A DNA stretch of 64,000 bases from Nitrosopumilaceae archaeon (GTDB lineage: Archaea > Thermoproteota > Nitrososphaeria > Nitrososphaerales > Nitrosopumilaceae), in the NCBI GenBank assembly GCA_965207375.1, contig OZ242274.1, positions 832,001 through 896,000 on the forward strand. Reading direction: 5' to 3'. Under the pieces are notes generated by a model. It ran no database searches. It was not told where the DNA came from and worked only from the letters and a program-made list of their open reading frames with translations. Positions 59,656-64,000 of this stretch are shown here, in pieces. The position numbers were made by a program, and so were the translations under genes. Numbering within the stretch: the stretch's first letter is position 1; the number at the start of each line of letters is the position of its first letter.

Positions 59656-61039
59656 TGGTTTCTAGATAGTCTAAAAATCCATCTAATTTGTCTTTAGTTA
59701 TTTTTGCCCCAGCTGCTGCATCGTGGCCTCCGCCGATACCCTGAAACTTTTCTGCCCCTACTCTCATCAATTCACTGAGATTGACGTCTGATTTGCATCC
59801 AAACGATTTCCTAGATGAGAATTTTATCTGCCCCTCGTCATTCATGGTTCGCAATATGACGATTTTGCCTGCATTTTTTGGTGATCCTGCAATTAGTGAT
59901 GATATGGTTCCAGTCATTGTTTCTGGAACTAGCCCCACACCATTTACCATTACACAAGTCTCGCTTTCAGATGTTCTCCATCTCTCCCCTGATAAAACAT
60001 TCATGTAATTTCTAATCTTTTTTCTATACTCTGCAAGTATTATCTCTCCTTCCCTGAGGCTTTTGTTCCTGTCTCCCATGCATATTGCCATTCCAACACC
60101 TGATTTGTTGATTCTACCACACGAGTTTAACATGGTTGAAAACTCCCTTGCATCCTTTAGAAAACTGCGGCCGTCCTCTCTTGGAAACGTGTAGGTGTAT
60201 CCGATTAACTCTGACATGATGTCTGTTGCATTTTTTCCTGATGTGTATTGTGTGATTGCCTCAACAAGAGTTCTTTTTTCCTCATCTGTCAACTCTGCAG
60301 GAACCCTCCATCTGCCGCCATCCTTTAGCGAGATTCCTGCGTTTTGTAAAAGTGCATAACACGAATCTCTGTTCCATGTTAATCCTTCAATAAACGGCTG
60401 TGAGGTAAATGCTAATGCATCAGCCAAGGGTCTAGTCTCTCTTCCTACTAGGAGCATGTCTAGTTCTACATCGAGTAACCCTTGCTGTCTTGCATCCTCT
60501 GCAATTTCTGCATTTTTGCCTGTAAATGATTTTTTATCTCCCTGGTCTTGCCTGTCTCCTAGGGCCGAAACCACTGCTATTGCAGACAAATCCCTATTTT
60601 TTTCATCCATTGCCTTTGATGCCAAATATGCCATCCCGCCTGCACAAATCTCGACTCCACCATCTATTCCGTACTTCCAAGCATTGATGACTTTGGAATT
60701 GTCCTTTTCATCCTCTGATATTTCGTGATGATCTAGTACAAACCAATCATCTCCTAACTTTTCACTTAATTTGCTGCCAAAGCCTCCACCAAGGTCTGTT
60801 ACAATATGAAAATCTCTCTGATCTTTTTTCAGCTCATCTACCACGCTTGAACTAAACTCTTTGGATGTTCTTACAGTTACATTTGCACCTGCCCGTATCA
60901 GTGCCTTTGCAATAATACTGCCAGATGTTAATCCATCACAATCTATGTGGGTTGTAACCGAAATTGATTTGCGTGATTTTATAAGATCTGATATTGTGTC
61001 ACTAAAATCTGATAACGCATCGTCCAGCTTTTGAACCAT
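59618..61039 (-). CDS. DHH-family phosphoesterase (RecJ/GAN-like)
   Basis: HIDCDG, TDLG, LDHH and GGGHDAAAGA motifs. Confidence 0.92.
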   Translation of the reverse strand: MVQKLDDALSDFSDTISDLIKSRKSISVTTHIDCDGLTSGSIIAKALIRAGANVTVRTSKEFSSSVVDELKKDQRDFHIVTDLGGGFGSKLSEKLGDDWFVLDHHEISEDEKDNSKVINAWKYGIDGGVEICAGGMAYLASKAMDEKNRDLSAIAVVSALGDRQDQGDKKSFTGKNAEIAEDARQQGLLDVELDMLLVGRETRPLADALAFTSQPFIEGLTWNRDSCYALLQNAGISLKDGGRWRVPAELTDEEKRTLVEAITQYTSGKNATDIMSELIGYTYTFPREDGRSFLKDAREFSTMLNSCGRINKSGVGMAICMGDRNKSLREGEIILAEYRKKIRNYMNVLSGERWRTSESETCVMVNGVGLVPETMTGTISSLIAGSPKNAGKIVILRTMNDEGQIKFSSRKSFGCKSDVNLSELMRVGAEKFQGIGGGHDAAAGAKITKDKLDGFLDYLETNVVKMPGPNNTK

Positions 61040-61488
61040 TACTCTAGTTGAGCCACTACTGACTTATATTTCCAATTTTGAGGAATCCTCTTGATTCTCT
61101 TGTAATATACTGCAAGTCTGTGTACCTTTGCCTCAATTAATTCCAAGGATCTAACGTTTCTTCGGTCTCCTTTGTTGGCCTTGAGATGCTTTTGCAAACC
61201 TACTGCCTTTCTGACAATGTTATCAAGATCTTCGGGCATTTCAGATTCTAGGTCATTTTCTTTTAGAATTTGACCTACTGTCTTTTTTGTAATTGGCTTT
61301 GTCAATGGGATAGAATGCTGGTCTCTTAATCTGATTCCAATTTGGCTCGGAGTCAGACCTTCCTTTGAATACTTTACAACTAGCCCCTCTACCTCCTTTG
61401 GACTCTGTGTAATCCATGATGGTGCCCTTACCGTTACGGGTCTAATAGAGTGTGATTTCCCATGTCTATGACTGTGGAGTCTTCCCAT
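61039..61488 (-). CDS. rps15: 30S ribosomal protein S15
   Basis: PSQIGIRLRDQH and LELIEAKVHRLAVYYK motifs. Confidence 0.96.
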   Translation of the reverse strand: MGRLHSHRHGKSHSIRPVTVRAPSWITQSPKEVEGLVVKYSKEGLTPSQIGIRLRDQHSIPLTKPITKKTVGQILKENDLESEMPEDLDNIVRKAVGLQKHLKANKGDRRNVRSLELIEAKVHRLAVYYKRIKRIPQNWKYKSVVAQLE

Positions 61489-61696
61489 ATGCGTGCTGAC
61501 TTTGAAACAGAATTAAACGTTACTTATTGTATAATCGACTCTGGATCTTCGAAATTCACGCCTCATATCATTATATCTGAGACAGACAGGGGGACATTTT
61601 GGCATCTTGTTGCGGATCTCGTTAAAAATTCCCAGATCCTATACTCAGAATAAAGATTAAATAAGTACAATTAGCATTTTAACATAGGTAAACGGT

Positions 61697-62026
61697 ATGA
61701 CTAAAACAATACTATTAGCAGGACTACTGGCCGTTGTCGCAATGGGCACAATGGGTTCCATTGGAGCCGCATATGCTCAATACTTGGGTAACGTAGGTTC
61801 CAATGATGAAACCGGAAAATACACGCTTGAAGAGGCACTTGCACTTCAACATGCAAGAGTAACCTCAGCAAACGCAAACCCAGCAGCAGGTTCAGGTACC
61901 CCATACATTAGCGCCGACGGTGTCGTTGGTGCTTCAATTATTTCCGGTGCAGTCTTTGGCGGAATTGCAGCAGCATTCTTCTTTAGATCTCGTTCTGGAA
62001 AATACGCTGCTATGGGCAGAGGTTAA
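61697..62026 (+). CDS. amoZ: Conserved AOA membrane protein, probable ammonia monooxygenase subunit AmoZ
   Basis: Signal peptide, short soluble domain and C-terminal TM. Position next to rps15 as recalled for Nitrosopumilus. The Y/Z assignment is from memory. Confidence 0.55.
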   Translation: MTKTILLAGLLAVVAMGTMGSIGAAYAQYLGNVGSNDETGKYTLEEALALQHARVTSANANPAAGSGTPYISADGVVGASIISGAVFGGIAAAFFFRSRSGKYAAMGRG

Positions 62027-62139
62027 ACAATACCACACCTTTTCTATTTTATTAGATCTACTGTATCTATGATGCCTGATCTCGTACATGTTTCACTTGA
62101 CAGAAATCTATATATCGCAGAAATATTGTTCATCATTTA

Positions 62140-62409
62140 ATGACTCCTATAGTAGGAACGTTCCTTAACATCCTTTCAACACTTACGGGACAGTTGGGAC
62201 CAAACTATGACCCACTATTTTACGATGTCATGATTTACATCTTCGGTACCATGATGTTTGTCGTTTTCCTTTTAGGAATTATCGCATTCTGGTTACGTGT
62301 ACACGGTTGGTCTTACAAGGATAATCGTGAGAGATGGGTTGATGAATTAGACAGACACTTTGAGAGAGAAGGCATTGGTTTAATTCCAGACAACGGTAAA
62401 TACTGGTAG
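62140..62409 (+). CDS. amoY: Conserved AOA single-TM protein, probable ammonia monooxygenase subunit AmoY
   Basis: YDPLFYDVMIYIFG...FWLRVHGW, adjacent to the previous gene, followed by a T-rich terminator. Confidence 0.55.
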   Translation: MTPIVGTFLNILSTLTGQLGPNYDPLFYDVMIYIFGTMMFVVFLLGIIAFWLRVHGWSYKDNRERWVDELDRHFEREGIGLIPDNGKYW

Positions 62410-62559
62410 CAAAATCTCTTTTCTTTTCATTATTTTTGATATTTTACAGACTAGAGTCTAAATGATTGTTTACAGTATATGGTGAGGTCTTGTCAATGAA
62501 ACTATCGTAAAATAGCAAAGCCTGATTGGGTAACACTTACACCTTCTAAAGTTTCAATT

Positions 62560-63070
62560 ATAAATCAAAATAGAAAGACACAAGGAATCATGACACAAGT
62601 CATTGATTTCGGAATTTGAGATTATCTGTGTTGATTGGAACCATACTGATGTTCTCAAGACAGCAGAGTTTTCAGCTAAGCAAAATGTGACCCAAATTCT
62701 TGCCCACGCATCTATTTGAATTTCGGGGTAGATTTTGGCTTATTCTGTCTACTTTTGTTTAGCTGGTTTTTCAACAAAGGATTTAACGCCATAGGTACAG
62801 AAAACGTGCAGATAAAAAAAAGCCCAAATCCTTGACATAAAGGTCTGATGACACAAATCAGGTATAGTCATAACAAAAGAGAGTTTCAAGGAAATATCTG
62901 CATATGGAAACTAGACCAGAAAGACAACCCATGAGATCAGTCCTGTACTAGACAAAAAACATCAGACATGTTGTCCAAACTGTGGCAATACTCTTTTCTG
63001 AATCTGCAAATTCATACATCAAAACAATTGAAAATGTAGATGATCAGCGGGTACATAACTCTATGGATGG
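62560..63070 (+). pseudogene. Highly decayed relative of the outer IS66 transposase
   Basis: ataacaaaagagagtttcaagg and tgtccaaactgtggcaatactctt resemble 45732-45870. No open frame. Confidence 0.5.
62673..62765 (-). mobile_element. 93-bp MITE derived from the ISH3-like element
   Basis: Ends cagctaagcaaaatgtgacccaaat and (revcomp) cagctaaacaaaagtagacagaataagccaaaatc match the right and left IS ends. 5-bp TSD gtttt at 62668-62672 and 62766-62770. Confidence 0.85.
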
Positions 63071-63380
63071 TAATTTCAAAAAAGAATGGAACGGTTTCTG
63101 ATTTTACCTGTACTCTTAGATTTCAGACATCCTTATTGTCAATGTATACTAGTATAATAAATCATAAATGTCTCAGTCACACGTGTGATGAAATAAGGAT
63201 GGGTGATAACTCAAGCTGACATGTTGCTTATTGTTCTGATCTATCTGTAAGTTGTAATCTAGACTAGAAGCAACTCAAGGCTATGTCATGTTTTCCACCA
63301 ATAGTTACTGTAGAAGAACTTGTGTTTGAATAAATTATTTTAATTGAAATGTGTTATAATTGAGACAGGTTTAAATTAAC

Positions 63381-63418
63381 TGTTGTATTTATACAACATA
63401 TGTTGGTTAATTACAACA
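63381..63418. promoter_or_regulatory. Tandem palindromic operators TGTTG-N8-CAACA
   Basis: tgttgtatttatacaaca (63381-63398, perfect 8-bp arms) and tgttggttaattacaaca (63401-63418), between the TATA and the first codons. Confidence 0.65.
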
Positions 63419-64000
63419 TTACACAAACCACCTTGAAAATATTACGCCTTTATGCTAGTGATTATAAAAAATCATTTCATATGAGAGAAATTGCACGAAA
63501 GACATCTGTTGATGTAAAAACAATACAACTCCAACTTCAAAGATTAGAAAAATCCAATGTTGTGTCTAGCACTCGCAAAGGAAAAAACAAAGAGTTCTCT
63601 TTGAAACGTGATGTAATTACGCATTATTACATGGTTATGGCAGAATGCTTTGTAACTGCGGTATTTATTCAAAAAAATTTTTTGATAAAAAAAATACTTG
63701 CTGAATTAACATCTTATGTGGATGGGACATTAGTGTTATTTGGAAGTTATGCAAATGGTACTTTTACTAAACAAAGTGATATAGATTTGTTTATTGTAGG
63801 TGACAAGAAAATAGACACAAAAATTGTCCTAAATTTATCTGATATGATAAATAAAGATATCAACATAAAATATGCAAACAAACAACAGTTTTTGAATAAT
63901 TTGTCAAATAACGATCCATTGGCAAAGGAAGTAGTGCTAAAGCACATAATACTCAAAGGTGCAGATAATTTTTGTCAAATGATGTGGGAAAATTATGTTG
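63400..64000 (+). CDS. wHTH plus minimal nucleotidyltransferase (MNT antitoxin-like), runs off window end
   Basis: Hand translation: HMREIARKTSVDVKTIQLQLQRLE...VLFGSYANGTFTKQSDIDLFIVG. Not in the ORF track. Confidence 0.85.
   Translation, partial: MLVNYNITQTTLKILRLYASDYKKSFHMREIARKTSVDVKTIQLQLQRLEKSNVVSSTRKGKNKEFSLKRDVITHYYMVMAECFVTAVFIQKNFLIKKILAELTSYVDGTLVLFGSYANGTFTKQSDIDLFIVGDKKIDTKIVLNLSDMINKDINIKYANKQQFLNNLSNNDPLAKEVVLKHIILKGADNFCQMMWENYV

Noticed and set aside
277-63956. Numerous antisense and overlapping ORFs in the six-frame track (e.g. 277-672, 4869-5354, 19211-19411, 38334-38546, 41829-42332, 44868-45155, 63747-63956)
   Set aside because: They are shadows of well-supported genes or RNAs on the other strand or frame, with no recognisable motifs.

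Overview
This is an archaeal window, most consistent with an ammonia-oxidising Nitrosopumilaceae (Thaumarchaeota) genome: TBP, S3Ae, ABCE1, Pcc1, a CFI-box-CTERM protein, a transketolase-epimerase fusion, probable amoZ/amoY and a standalone 5S rRNA. Core housekeeping blocks are interrupted by several small accessory islets. An ~18.7 kb island sits between rps3Ae and serS. It holds IS630, IS481, IS110, nested IS66 and ISH3 elements, a P-domain/trypsin-like secreted protease, a type III restriction-modification pair and decaying defence-like genes. The heavy IS load and TPR protein suggest a host-associated lineage (inference only). The two most striking unexplained signals are: (1) a non-coding leader of the IS110 element that folds into two parallel internal loops, each capped by an identical 15-nt hairpin, from which bridge-RNA-style target and donor guides with a common YA core can be read by hand; (2) a motif GCAT(G/A)CCG(C/T)AA placed exactly 14 nt upstream of the TATA box of three unrelated, dispersed secreted-protein cassettes, suggesting an undescribed regulon or cassette system. 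Also missed by the ORF track: a C2H2 microprotein, a candidate C/D-box sRNA, a 93-bp MITE and a wHTH-MNT gene. All calls are by eye; no searches or folding programs were run.
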